Notes under the pieces: generated by a model
Databases searched by the model: none
What the model saw: the letters and a program-made list of their open reading frames with translations, nothing else
Told to the model about the DNA's origin: nothing
Shown: in pieces, positions 14,901 to 28,053 of the stretch
Numbering within the stretch: the stretch's first letter is position 1
Layout: every line of letters begins with the position of its first letter
Translations under genes and position numbers: made by a program
From: Styela clava
Taxonomy: Eukaryota
NCBI RefSeq assembly: GCF_964204865.1
Contig: NC_135257.1
Location: forward strand, 13,454,001-13,518,000
Length of the DNA: 64,000 nucleotides
Direction of reading: 5' to 3'

Positions 14901-17900
14901 AATTGTATTGGTTTAGAACAGGGTGGTCCAAGGTTGTCGCCTTCGCTGGCCACAAAAATATTTTTGGATTGTTCGCAGGCCACAATAGCGTCAGAAATAT
15001 GTAAACAACAAACACTTTTATCGTGCAAACGATTGATCATCGTTTGTCATTTATCGAGTTAAATCATACAAAATACGCCAGAAAAATCACTGAAACATGC
15101 GAAAGTTTTTATTCTCAGGCCATAACATTAATATTTATTTATCATATTCAGTTATTATAACTGTTGGAATATATTTCCAACCAAATAGATAGAAATCCAG
15201 TGAACAATTTGGACTACCCAGTACCCAATCACACTCAATTCAACTTTGCTAGCTGTTTCAGCTAGCCGTGAGCCCGTGACACTAGTCAATTCAGTGACAT
15301 TAGTGTAACAAGATGTCGAAAAGATTTTCTGTTATTTATATGACGAAACATCAAATGCGATTTTTCGATTACTCTTCAGCACAGGCAACACAGGCCACAG
15401 ATAATGACGATGCGGGCCACATGTAGCCCGCAGGCCTGGGTTTGGACCACTCTGGTTTGGAATGTTCATAATAAATACCATGGAAATGGAAGTCTTCAAA
15501 ACTAAGTGAGCACAATTCACTTTTCGTTGGGGAGACACCTAAATCAGTGATTTTCAAACAGTGTCCCACAAAATGCTGGTGGTTCATGAAAGACCTTCAG
15601 ATGTTACGTGTCATATGATTTGAATTGAACTTTCGTCTAGTGTTATATGGTATAAAAAAGTGTTCCGTGGTTCAACGAAGGTTGGGAAATACTGCTTTAA
15701 AATATCCTACCTTTCTGAGTCCTTCAATATCGCTAGGTTTGATTCCCCGAAAACAATCTCTGACAGATTTTCTTTCCTTTTCATCAATCTCTAAACGTTC
15801 CCATAATTGTTGAATTTGTGACCACAAGCCTTGAACAACCAACTCCATATCTGTTTTCTTTTTACTTAATTCTCTGTGCAAATCAGCCAAGTCATCCATC
15901 TTGTTTGTTGATAAAGCAAATGAATCCTCCATCTCCGTAATAAGATCCTGAAATATCAAAAAAATTATATATATATATATATTGCAATTAGTAAATCAGA
16001 CTTCACTACTATATAAAAAGTAGTATTGTACAATCAAATTGAAATTGCTGAAAAAATTTATTATACTGATTATCATGGGTTGAAATTGAAATACTCTGTC
16101 AGATCTATGGTCCAACTACACATGTTCACCAAGAGTACATCAAATTTAGTCAGTTGTACTAGCACTTATTCCGTTGGGTCCTTTTTGACAAAGTTAAGCT
16201 TAGGTTAGGATTCCCATATTTATCCTAGGGAAAACAAAAACAGCTTCATCATATGATAAACTTGACCGGTTACCAGACCATGTTATGGGAATTGTTCATC
16301 AGTTATTTGCTTTATGTACACAGACTTTGGCTATTTTTAAAAAGTCCTATACGGAACAAACTATATCTCAAAATAGTAAATACATAAATTATTTTGCAAT
16401 AAAAATCATATTTCTCAGCACAATTGAGTATATCTCATGTGTACCTGTGCAAAAGATGTTTCAGGAACTAATTCTAATTCATCATAAAGACAAACAATTT
16501 GTGATTTTTTAGTTCGATAAACTTTCCATCTTCTCTTTTTCTCTTCCTCCAGTGTATTGATATGTTCCTAAATTGAATTTTTTAAACTAAGTTAGGTAGT
16601 TTAATAATAAGTGCTAGAGCAGTGTCACAGCCAAATTTTTTCGCGATCCTCAGGAACTTTATTAAGATGTGCTTGCATATTCTCATACAAAAGATCGAAT
16701 CGTGTCAGTAAGTACTGTTCCAACTTTGATCAATATTTTGTTTTACCATGAGCCAGATTTTTCAATGAGATGAGTGAAGGCAAAAGAAAGGAGAATAAGT
16801 AAGGCTAGTTATGACAATAATAGGTAATAGGTAATGTGAGTCGGGGATCAGGTTGAAGAGCCCTGTGCTAATGTATTAACATGTTCCTAATTTGAATTTT
16901 CAGCCGAGTTACTTTAAATATATGTTCTAGAACAAGCAAGACAGGAATTATTCTGTTTTCAATTTAGTGAATTTTTTAACATTCTAATCATGGAAAACAT
17001 GAACCAATAAACACAGAGCGTCAGGCAAATGTAATGAAGTTCACCACTGCAAAATTTCTTTCATAAAATAAAATAGAAACCTTTAATCCTGTAAGCTGTT
17101 CATCACTTGGTATTGAATTTGTAGGGACATAATATGGTGTTGAACATAGTTGGTCACATAATTTCTGTTCTACTAATTGTAATTCCTTCAATACTTTTAG
17201 TCTTTCGTGTTTCAGTTTCTTCAGTTTGTTTAGTTCAACTCTATAAAAATTAAACATTTAAGTAAGGATTAAGTATTTTAAAAACAAGCGACTACTAAAA
17301 TAGTTGAACACATATCTTCAAGAGATATTTCGTAGGATAAATAATTCTGAGATTTCAAAATTCAAGAGAATCAAATCAAAAGGCTTATAAACCTGAGTTC
17401 CTTTTCCTGTTGCATGATTGTTATACCAGCAGTAGATGTAAAATCAGGAAGAGATAACTTTTCAGAAATGTCTGTTATTTCATTTCGGTATTTCTCAATA
17501 CTTTCTAACATTGTCTTCTTCAAATGTTTTTCTTCATTGACCATCCCAGCAAGAAGGTTTTCAATATGTAATGCGACAGTAGATCCTCTTATTTCTATCT
17601 GTAAAAAAAATGAATCAAAAATTTAGGAAAGTACATCCCTTTTAATTTAAAGCGAAGTAACATTAAGCATATCCGACTTCAAATATAAGTCTGAAAATAG
17701 GAGAACACATTTATATCTACTCTGTTCCAATCAGTTGCCCACCCAAGCTGTCAAGCAGTAAAATGAAATATACCAAACAGAAGCATCGATAGTTCTAAAT
17801 TTGGCCCTGATAATGCAATTTATTATAAGTTATGGTTCATTTATCAAATATAATAAGAACAATCAAGTACCAGAATTAAAACCCTTACCTGCTCATCTGG

Positions 17901-17996
17901 AATGCCAATTTCATCCCATATTTCCCGCAACAAACTCATAGTTGTATTAAACTTCCGCTGCAGATCCATCTGCATGACCTCGCTTTTGCGCGGCAT
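11986..17996 (-). CDS. PRC1: Protein regulator of cytokinesis 1 (MAP65/Ase1/PRC1 family), ~11 exons
   Basis: Exon 1 MPRKSEV...LREIWDEIGIPDEQ (17996-17889). Internal exons ELNKLKKLKHERLK, QIQQLWERLEI, LWDKCYYSKDQR, NRGGNLLQEERERKK and EMVYGSTPKTPTKRR match PRC1. GT-AG boundaries; stop at 11986. Confidence 0.9.
14919..15454. mobile_element. hAT (Charlie-like) MITE in a PRC1 intron
   Basis: TIRs cagggtggtccaa / ttggaccactctg. 8-bp TSD gtttagaa / gtttggaa (1 mismatch). Confidence 0.7.
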
Positions 17997-18948
17997 GTTG
18001 AAATTATATTAATGCCAATTTAATTATTTTGCTTGGTGAATATAAAAACAAACAATGTTACTTTTATCAAAAAATGCTGACTAACTAGATAAATTCTGGC
18101 CCAATGCTAAATATTACAGTATTATAATATTACCGGCAGGTTATAGACTACTGTTATAACCAAACTTTGATCTATAAAATCCAGAAAATCATAAGAAAAA
18201 ATTTTGCAGAAAAGGAAACAATTTTAGAGAATATCATATTTTTCGAATTCCCAAATTTCATATTGAAAAAAAATTGACATTTTAAGCCACTTTTCGCCGT
18301 AAACGTGGTGTTTCGTTTTTTTTTTTTTTACGGGAATCTTTAAACGACTTTTTAAATCGGCACTTTGATTGTTTATATTCTGTGCGACCGTACGTCGCAT
18401 TTTGCGACACATTTGCACGTTTGCGTGGGTGGACATTGCCGACATTCGTGTACGAGGCTTTTAATTTACAAATTCATTTCCATTACGTCGAAAAATTGAG
18501 AAAGTATGTTTCTTTTTATTTCTATGTGGCCTGCTTATTATTCGCATGAGTCTTCTCAAGCATGATTTGTGTAACCTTATATTTGGGTCTTAGGGTCTGC
18601 CAATCATGATATTTAGTCGCAGGCTGGTTATCGTTACTTCAAAGAGGAACACGGCCACCAAGATAAAGTGATTTGTGACCCTTTCGTTTTGCCGATTCAG
18701 CAAGACACGACAGGGACAGGAAAACACAGCTGTGAAATAACCCGTGGACGTACAGTGTAGTACTCATCCCATTCCAAAATTATTTCAACATTCAGGTTAA
18801 TAGGTTGTCCAAAATGATTGCCGCTTTACAACTTAAATTTACCACTCAATTGTTAAAAATAGTTAATTCTGTGAGTATGATTCTACCAAACTAACATGAT
18901 CTGGTTCTAAACATATAAAATTATTAGCGAATTTTTCTACCCGTCTTA

Positions 18949-19500
18949 CAAAATCATCCTAGTAAAAAGTCCATACTTTTAAATACAAACCAATGGCAAC
19001 CATTACACAAATTAGTTCCCAAGAGTTGGATAAAATATAAATTCTTTTTCCGACTTGTGACAATTTTTCGTGAGTACGAAAATAAGAATCAAAACTAATT
19101 ATATTCGGCACAATATCACGGCAATCTGTGGACATAAATTGTGTGGCAAACTCGCGATTAATATTAATTTTTGATTCCTATTTTCGTATTTACAAAATAC
19201 AAGGCGATCTGTGGACTTACAATGTGTGGTAAACTACCCGATTATAAATAGTTTTTGATCCCTATTTTCATATTTATGAAATAATAAAAGTATTATTACT
19301 CAAACATACAACGGCGATCTGCGGACTTAAAATGTGTGGTAAAGTTCCCAAATATAATTAATTTTTGATTCGTATTTTTGTACTCACGAAAAAATTGTCA
19401 CAAGTCGGAAAAATACCTCATACTTTATCCCGCTTTTCGTCAAATGATTTGGATAATGGTTGGTATTTAAAAGTATGGGCGTTTTACTAGGGTGATTTTG
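18949..19500. mobile_element. Inverted-repeat element with internal ~110-bp tandem units
   Basis: 18949-19105 is an imperfect inverted repeat of 19350-19500 (ccgacttgtgacaatttttcgtgagtac / gtactcacgaaaaaattgtcacaagtcgg). Three ggc(a/g)atctg(t/c)ggac units lie inside. Confidence 0.65.
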
Positions 19501-19698
19501 TGTTGCGCAAATATTCAAATCCATCATCGATACCACTATTGTCGTATTAATTTAATTCTGTTAACATGACTCATGGTATATAAGATATATACTGCAATAA
19601 TCTGCAAATATGAAATGCCTGGTAATATAGCTAGGTTGTAACTTGTAGATAGCAGTTATTGCATTGCTTATTGTATGGAAATTCCTACATACATTTAG

Positions 19699-19809
19699 AT
19701 AAGCTTCAATTAGTGGATTTTATTTTCGAAGTATTCGAAATTTCATATTCGAAAAAAATAATTTCGAATGTATTCGAAATAGTGAACTATTGGGTATTGG
19801 CCATCCCTG
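19699..19809. mobile_element. Transposon terminus, same family as 290-387
   Basis: tattcgaa repeats followed by tattggccatccctg. Confidence 0.5.
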
Positions 19810-20639
19810 GGTAGGCTACCGGTACCGTACAAGCCTCATTTAGAAGTCAGTGCCTCCTGAACTATTCTATTTGAAACTTTCAGTGCCTGCAGGTCTGAGT
19901 GTAGTCAAATACAGAATTAGCAAAATTCCTAATCACACATGTAACTCAGGCTGCAAAAATACACAACGTGAGGAAGTTCATTTTGATAATTCTAGAATGT
20001 GCTAAACAGAAAAGTAAAACCTGAAAACAGTGTCGTAAGATTGTGAGAAGAAGAATGAATTTATTTCAATCAATCAGAACTTATTTCAATCAATTTTATT
20101 TTGGTCACTCTGCCATAAAACACGTTCATAGGATACATATGATTCAAACCTGCCATCGAATAAATAACCAACGAAGAAAATATGAAATTACGTAATACAT
20201 CCTACGCTTGGCCGTCGTATAACATTAAACTTATCCTCAAGCATCACAACAACAACGCAATGTTCAAAACTCGCGCACTGCGCAGCAGTATGCGCAGAGA
20301 CACAGTCGTCAATGATGCGTATAATATTTTTCTCTTCATCTATGTTTAATTTTTGTTTTAGATTAACGTGTATGTATGTATGTCCATTGTCTTGTGTATA
20401 AATTGTACTTTTTATATCATATGCATATCGGATTTCGAAACAATTTATCGTTTCCCTGTAATTCTTATCTCTCTTGATCTGGTGACCATAACCGGTTGCT
20501 TAATTTTGGAGAAATTTCATGTTCGCGCGATTTCCATTATGCCGACGCATTTAGTTCCTATTCCAGTTAATATGGTTACCAGCAAAAACCATAAATAACA
20601 TTAAGTAATATTCCTGTTGTTGGACAAGAGATTCTAGTT

Positions 20640-20850
20640 CGGCTGTGCGGGACGGGAGAAGATTCCTGGACTCCTCGCCGCCGCAGGGTGGTTCACACAC
20701 ATCACCGCTGGTCTACCTTAAAGTCATGCCTCCGATAACAAATAACTGACTAACTAATCACAAATCTGACTTTGACCGAACGAGAGGCTGTGGTTCTACA
20801 GTGGTGATTAAGCGGTCTCTGCTCTGTCCTATAAATGTATCCTATTTCTA
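20640..20850 (+). mobile_element. Degenerate SINE-like interspersed repeat
   Basis: GC-richer island with ggactcctcgccg...ggtggttcac...accgctggtc, aactgactaactaatc and gacc...gagaggctgtggttc...gattaagc, ending atcctat. Resembles abundant ascidian SINE bodies from memory; not verified. Confidence 0.45.
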
Positions 20851-21697
20851 CCAATGAGAATTATATTCTGATTTAATTTCAGACTTCTCAACATAAGCTT
20901 ACCAAATTTTGGCAAGGCTTATTTCTAGACGTTTTGTTCAGAACTGTACAATTAAAAAATGAAGCTCGTGAATGAAAAAAACATAATGTTTTATTATTCT
21001 AAATTCAATTAAATCACAGTTAATTCATATTAATTTATCATGCAATTAGAAGCAGATGTCTTTTCATTCGCACAGTGGCTCCTACAGAAAGTTGCACATG
21101 CTAGAAAGATATATCGCATTCACAGGTACATCCAATCCTGATGCACAAATGAGTGCTTCGTACTCCGGCTGGCTGACTAGATGCTAAAACTACTCAATTA
21201 AAAGTTGAAGTAGCTGGTATGGATGGATAGCCATATTTTAATACCTCCTTCAAGTTGGTATTTTGATGTAGTCTTGGAACTGTGAATTTTAAACTCGTTG
21301 GAAGCATAAATATCAATAGGAAAGCCAATACCGTAGCTGTGGGAAACATCCCATGAACAACCAGCAACCTTCTTAACATGAATATCGCTAGAGTTGAACC
21401 ACATTCAGGGTAGCCAGCAGTTCAATGGCACAGTCGTTTAATACAAACCGCTGGTGCTTTTGAAGCTGGTTCTGACAACCTGGATCTTAAAGTATAAATC
21501 CTCTTATTCTGAACCTTAAATCATGAATATTTTGTATATAAATATGTGAAAATTTGTTGCCATTAAATAAAAAGTATGTTATGGAATCAAATATTTCTGG
21601 CCTCATGCTGTAGAAGCACATTGAGCTAAAAACCGCTCGATTGTGAATAAATTATGTGCTTATTAAATTGAAGGCAGCACAGGATTTGATTCTGTTG

Positions 21698-24600
21698 TCA
21701 GCCAAAACTGGTAGAATTTTCAATATCTTCATCAGTATCGACAACTTCTCCATCACTAAGTTCCGCGGGTAATTTTTGAAACCCACTGACCATTACTTTC
21801 GAAGAATTTTCAAAGAAGCTATTCACATTGTTAAAGTTCGAATCAGCAACAAAAGTCTTTGACATATTACTAGATTGTATGGAAATGTCATTTGTATTAA
21901 AATCCATTTCATGCCCATCTTTAGATTCTGCTGCCATGCTCCATGAATTTGGGATTTGTTCCATTGGTTCAGGTTTCTTTTTCCGTTTAGCGATTTTGCG
22001 CTGTTCCCATTGCATTCGCTCCCTTTCAGATTCTACACTGAATATATTCTGTAAAAATTATATACAGCTACAGGTATGAGTGAACTAAATTTAATATCAT
22101 AATACGGTTTACAAGAATATTTTAATCTTGAATTTAAATACCAATTGGGCCTGAAATGGGCCACAGAGGATGATTCAGTGCATGGAAGCTGGATAATTGA
22201 CAAAACAAAGAGACAAAATACAAGACAAAATACCTAATAGTGTCTAGATTTGTCTTATCAAAGACTTTTATCATAGAAGGAATGAATTCGTGTAGCCAAA
22301 AATTCTATCAGTACATATACAATAAAAAAGATCTAAAAGCTGTCTTGGCTTAGCACAATGAAACATTTTCTAATGGAAATCGGCGAAGGGAGAAAGTATA
22401 TGTCAGTCAGTATGGAAATATTATTAGTATTTTAAAAACGCTGTACACATTACCAAACCTTAGATCCATAGTCAATATTTAATGCACTTACATTAATTTG
22501 CTGTTGATCTAAATTGGGATCATTTCTTATAAGATAGAGAAATGTACCACCCGGAGTTCTTCTTCTCAACCCCTGCAAAAATACAGATATAATTAAAAGA
22601 TGTTAACATGACTACGTAATGAAATACATGATTTCTGAATTTAATTTTGACAAATATGAAAAGGTAGCTCAAGCATGAAACGAAACTATTTTGCTTGATT
22701 GTCAATGTCAGTCCAGATAAAGTATGAGAACAGTTTGCTATTTGAACAATCAGATGATAAATATAAAATTATTTGTAATGAAGTAAATAAGTTCAATGAA
22801 ACAATGCCTAATTACAAAATTCTAAAACATCCACTTTGCCAACTAAATCACGGTAGGCCTATGCATGTAATACAAACCGTCATAGTTAAAAGTCCCCCAC
22901 TCTTCTCAATATCTTGGGTCTTGTTGCAAAAATCAATAGCTTTTTTAACACCTAGAGTTTCTGTCAAAGATCGAATTAAATCTTTTTTGCGTTCCCACAA
23001 CCTATGAAAACAAAGCAATAATACTTTGAATATGTTGAAATGTATAGAAGTAATGATGATACTAGGTAAAGATAAAAAACTTGCAGAAAAAAGAATCAGA
23101 AAATTAATTTGAATACTACCCAATTGTTATGTGCATAGTGCTATATATATAACCAGTTTCGAGTTATGTCTGTGCAGAACTGGGAGGTTTATAGAGCATT
23201 ATATCCATGCTGAGGATACAAAAATATTTTGCCCCAAGAATCGTCCGCTATTAAAATAACATCACATTTTTGCGGAATATTGAACAATCATGGCAAATGA
23301 TTTTACAGCACAATCTTAATCAATGGAATTATGTTTCACTCTCATAGTCCAACTTTTCGGTAGTGCTATTAGTTACAGTACCTTTACACAACTGGATGTA
23401 AAATGAGCGAACAAAATTAGTTACATCCATATTGGTACACATACTTCTGGAGCGCCAGGGTTCAATAAGCAAAAGCATATCTTTATAAAACAAAATCTAG
23501 CATTCTTTTTTATCAAGTTAGATGCTATCTGTTTTAAAAAACTGAAATATACCTGAACGCTATTTCTTCTGCTACTTTGTCGACAGGATCTGTATCTGCC
23601 AGTTCACATCTTCTATTAAGATTAACCTCCTGGCCCGGCTTGAATGTCGGGACATTTTTTTTCTTTTTACTCGCTTTTCTTTTTCTTCGCCGTCCTTGAG
23701 ACCCTAAACAACAAAGGAAGTATTTTGTAATGAAGATTAAAAAAGTTGAGACCTTAACTAAGTTTGATTAGGTATATATTTTATCTTTGTTACATATGGT
23801 CTGAATAGCCTGTCTTGAAGGTGCGCTCACTCAAAGTATATGAGACTAGTTTTATTAATAATAATTCTCTCTTTCGAAATGGGCATATATTATATTACAT
23901 TAATAGAATTCAAATGTTCTCTAATCTCTACCATTTTTTTCTGCTTCATTTGTTTTATGTTGTTGCATTTCTGTGTCATAACATTGATTATGTTGTTCCT
24001 CTGATTCGTCATTAGAAGATTCATTGGAATCAGATTCAACATCTCTTTTTTTGTGTCCAAAATGTGAAGGAAGATCAAATGATTCTGGACCTCTATTGAA
24101 AAATTTTTGAATCATAAAATGTACAATAGGCTCTATGAACGGGATATTCAAAAACAGCAATAAATTTTTTGGAAACTTTTGTGAATCCCATAAAGTGAAT
24201 TACTATGAAACAGAAATAGGTCTGATACTTAAGAAATTAATATGTTTATTACACTATTAAGGTCAGATGACAGTGTAACAAAAATATCAATAACTAAATG
24301 CAATGACAAATTCCAAGGCAATTGAGAGAGAATACGAGCTTTCAAACGCTTGGCTGAATTCGAAGCAGAAATGCTGCTTGTGCTAGTGTGCAGCAAGGCT
24401 ACTGAATAACCTGGATAAGTCATCTTAACTCTTGCTAGTTCCTACAGTTCACATAGATTATACTAATTCAGAGAAAAAAAACAGCAAAATAGAAAGTTGG
24501 GTCCATGGTTATGCATACACCCAATTGATAGAACATTATTAAAAAAAAGATTCAAAATTATTAACCTGGATATTAGATGTTGCATGCCAACAGCCCCCAA

Positions 24601-24861
24601 ATTTGTTGATATATCCTGAGAACTTTGTTCAGTCAGAACTGATCCCCATATATTTGCATTTTTACTTCTTTTGGGTTTAGTAAAATTGTTTTGTACAGCA
24701 GGCTTATTTGTCTCTGAATAATTGTTTGCATTGGTCTTTGCCCGCTTCTCCATATATGATATATCATCATCGTCACTATTTGAGTCACTACTATTTACTT
24801 CACCTTCATCAGATGAAATTTGTATTTTTGATGCAACTACAGTTCGATAACTAGATGCCAT
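21698..24861 (-). CDS. PHAX: Phosphorylated adapter RNA export protein, ~6 exons
   Basis: NIWGSVLTEQS motif. RNA-binding domain split across exons: VAEEIAFR | LWERKKDLIRSLTETLGVKKAIDFCNKTQDIEKSGGLLTMT | GLRRRTPGGTFLYLIRND. Last exon ends at 21698. Confidence 0.9.
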
Positions 24862-25493
24862 GTTTTTTGCTTTCTAAATACTTCCTTACAAGAAAAATTC
24901 ACAAGAGGAAAACATTAAATTTACAATTGACTACCACAGTTAATAGTATAATATAAATTAGCAACAAATACAGGCGACATTAAAACATTCCAAATTTGAA
25001 ACTCATGGAAAAAGATTGAATAATCAGAAGTATGCTAAAATGCTTCCCATTAAAATCATGACATTGAATCACAGTTCTGTCAATGTCATCTTAAAACATA
25101 TTGTTTATGATCAACTGCAAGACAAGAGCTATGAAATTAAGAACTATTCAGTAATGAATACACCCCTTACAAGCTCATTACTCTCAATGGACTATGATGA
25201 CATACATTAAACAATTCTCCTGATATTCACTGACAGTTGTGTTATATACTTCGTGGGAATGAGCTAAAATGCAAAATAGATAATCAAATATCTAAACAGT
25301 GATATGCAAAAATTTAAAATGATGCATAAAATTAAAAAATACCGTCACCAATCAGAATAACTAAAAATATACTACAACATGAAGAACTCAGTAGATCAGG
25401 ATAAGTACAATCAACATTAAATAAATTACTCACAATAATAATACTGCACATTGAAGTTACAAATGATTACATTAAAAGTCATATACAACATCA

Positions 25494-25946
25494 TCAAAGT
25501 TGAGATTCGATTTTAGATTCAATCCTATCAATCACATATTCTGGATCAACCATATACGAATTATTAAACATTGCACGATGCAACAAACTCATCGATGATG
25601 CAGGACATATAATATGGAGGTGAAGATGTTCAATAGATATAAATGGAGGCCAGTGAAAACCAATCTTTGTGTCTTTTTCTTCTACATCATTTTGCTTCTG
25701 AAGATAGTCCTTTCCGAATGAAACCATTTCTTTGATTATCTCCATATGCTCTTTAGTGTTAAGAGTCTTCGGATTATTTATATGTTGTTTCGGTACAACA
25801 AGATAATGATGTTTTGCTGCAGGGTTTATATCACTAAATATAGCCAGTTTCTCATTTTCAGCCAAAATATTTTTAGAATCAGGATGCTCTTTTCGGCATA
25901 TCTTACAAAATATGCACTTATCTTCAGAACTTCTTGTATTTCCCAT
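25494..25946 (-). CDS. HINT3: Histidine triad nucleotide-binding protein 3 (intronless)
   Basis: CIFCKI, DINPAAKHHYLVVPKQHI, GFHWPPFISIEHLHLHII (HINT3-type HIT motif). Confidence 0.92.
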   Translation of the reverse strand: MGNTRSSEDKCIFCKICRKEHPDSKNILAENEKLAIFSDINPAAKHHYLVVPKQHINNPKTLNTKEHMEIIKEMVSFGKDYLQKQNDVEEKDTKIGFHWPPFISIEHLHLHIICPASSMSLLHRAMFNNSYMVDPEYVIDRIESKIESQL

Positions 25947-27020
25947 ATCACTTATTAAATAAATTAACTAGTGTAAAAACAAACATGAAAAATAAGTAAG
26001 ACAATAAATACTCAGGCTTGGTGAGCAGCAAGCTGAATAGAACAGGCTAAACAAATAGGCAATTGTGCTGTTACTTGTTAAAAAAAGTTTGATAGTATAG
26101 CTTAGCATTATCCCTAGTTTTGTTATAAATGAACAGAAAACTACATTATATAAAAGAAATAAATATTTCAGCCATAGTCAAATTTTACTTTTGAATGAAA
26201 ATATTTCAATGTACCACATCCCTCTCAGCAACGAACAAAAAAGCCTCAAAATTTCATTAAATGAATGATCACAAGCGTGTAACATTTATGATGGGATTAA
26301 ATATTATGTTTAAATTAGGTATATTCAAGTTCACAAAAACAATTTGAAACATACTTCTGAGTCGTTGATATCAGACTAGTGCTGGCTTCGGCAAAAATGT
26401 TACTAACAGTTCATCTTCATTGCAATCAAAACATGGTAGTACTATGAAATATGATACAAAAGCAAATAAAACCACATGAGTAAGAATACCAAGTTATGTA
26501 TACATGTGGTTTTTTGCATTCATTTCATAAAAACTGTAAGATAGAAAAAAGAAATACATGGAGAGTCACTGTATTTACACAGATAACATATGATTTTTAT
26601 TAACATACATACGACATGATACTTGATGCCCCAAAATAGGGCTGTTGAGTTTTTCTGATATGAAAGTAGAGGCCAGAATTGTACTTCAGGCTGAAGAATA
26701 AACTTCCAATTTAAATAGTTTAAAATCAGTTCAAATAGTCAAAATTTTATTATTCCTCAGTTATCATATGAAATATGGGACAATTCACAGCCAAACTTGC
26801 AATTCATGAGGAGTTATTGCCAAATCTTTTTAAACCTGGAGTGATGAGCTTCAATTGAGAGTGGAAAACTTGTAGTCGCTAAAAGTAGATTTTAAAAATA
26901 AACACATGGAGCAACCCTGCTAAAACTATGCTAAAAGCAATCAATGCGTACAATCAGAACACAGCTACTAGTGATGTGCAAACAGGTCAAATGATTAACT
27001 TTTAACTAGATGGATAAATT

Positions 27021-27647
27021 TTATCTCCGCCTACGTTTTCTTCTATAATAAGGGTGAGATGCTTCTTTTGCAGCTGCAGCGTTTTGTTTAGAAAGAGCCA
27101 AAGCTGGATGCAATTGACTACCAGAAGCTGATTGCATGGAAGAAGGGCAGGAAGAACTTTTCACTCTTTCCATTTGATTCAGTTTTGCTTCGATAGCTCG
27201 AATCATTGCCTCTGAGGAATTGGGATTCAGTTTTTTGGTTTGCGGTTGTGTTGCATCATCTGTATCAGATGGTAGTTTGAGGGTGTCCTTGGGACCTGGT
27301 TTTTCTTGTGGTTGATTATGAGCCCATCGTACTTGAATACGCCTTGACAGGACCTTCATGTTATTAAGCTTTAAAATTGCCCTGGCAGCATCCACTTCTT
27401 TCTCAAAGCTCACAAAACAGAACCCACGTGGCTGGCCTTGTAGCGGACCAGTTTTATGTATCAGATAATCGAATTGTTTAATAGATCCGAACTTTTTCAA
27501 AATCTGTACCATAGTGTATTCTGTCACCTTCAAGTCAACATTACCAATCCATATTCTCTGTGCGAGTGAGGTACCTTGAAATTCTTCTTCAAGTGGAAGT
27601 GGTTCTGATGTTTTGTCATGTTGAGCAGTCGTAAAGCGATCGGTCAT
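27021..27647 (-). CDS. RBM18: RNA-binding protein 18, single RRM (intronless)
   Basis: RIWIGNVDLKVTEY...FDYLIHKTGPLQGQPRGFCFV...VRWAH, and IRAIEAKLNQME. Confidence 0.92.
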   Translation of the reverse strand: MTDRFTTAQHDKTSEPLPLEEEFQGTSLAQRIWIGNVDLKVTEYTMVQILKKFGSIKQFDYLIHKTGPLQGQPRGFCFVSFEKEVDAARAILKLNNMKVLSRRIQVRWAHNQPQEKPGPKDTLKLPSDTDDATQPQTKKLNPNSSEAMIRAIEAKLNQMERVKSSSCPSSMQSASGSQLHPALALSKQNAAAAKEASHPYYRRKRRRR

Positions 27648-28053
27648 ATCAGAATTAAACCAAATTCGTTATAAATATGCCAACGAGGCACCTAACCTGT
27701 AATTTATTCTGAAATAAAATGTTCAAAAATAAATCATAAAAATGTATAAATTAGCACTAAGGGATAAAGAATTGCAGGAAATATTTATAACTGGAAATAA
27801 GCAGATGTTTTCGCAGGGATCGCATAATAATTTAGAGTACTAGGTCAGGTCCTGGTTAGCAAATTGTTCAACCAAAGTCTACCCATTTCGCCCAGAGAAG
27901 TCAGGGGAAGAAAAATATTAAGTTCCCAACGGCTCTCTATGTCTAAGTGGCATAGAATATAGATCATCTCATAAAAAATGCAAATATTTTTTCATGTAAG
28001 GTGAATAAATCAAGTTAGAAAAAACTTAATTAAAGGAGGGTGATCCAAACATA

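Noticed and set aside
15545-16865. Two further possible hAT MITEs in PRC1 introns (15545-15694 and 16620-16865)
   Set aside because: CAGTG/CAGGG-like ends are present, but the TIRs and TSDs are too degenerate to support boundaries.
11986-20900. PRC1 as part of the operon
   Set aside because: It is separated from PHAX by ~3.7 kb containing TE remnants, and has a CpG-richer promoter-like stretch at ~18290-18490. More likely its own unit, though not excluded.
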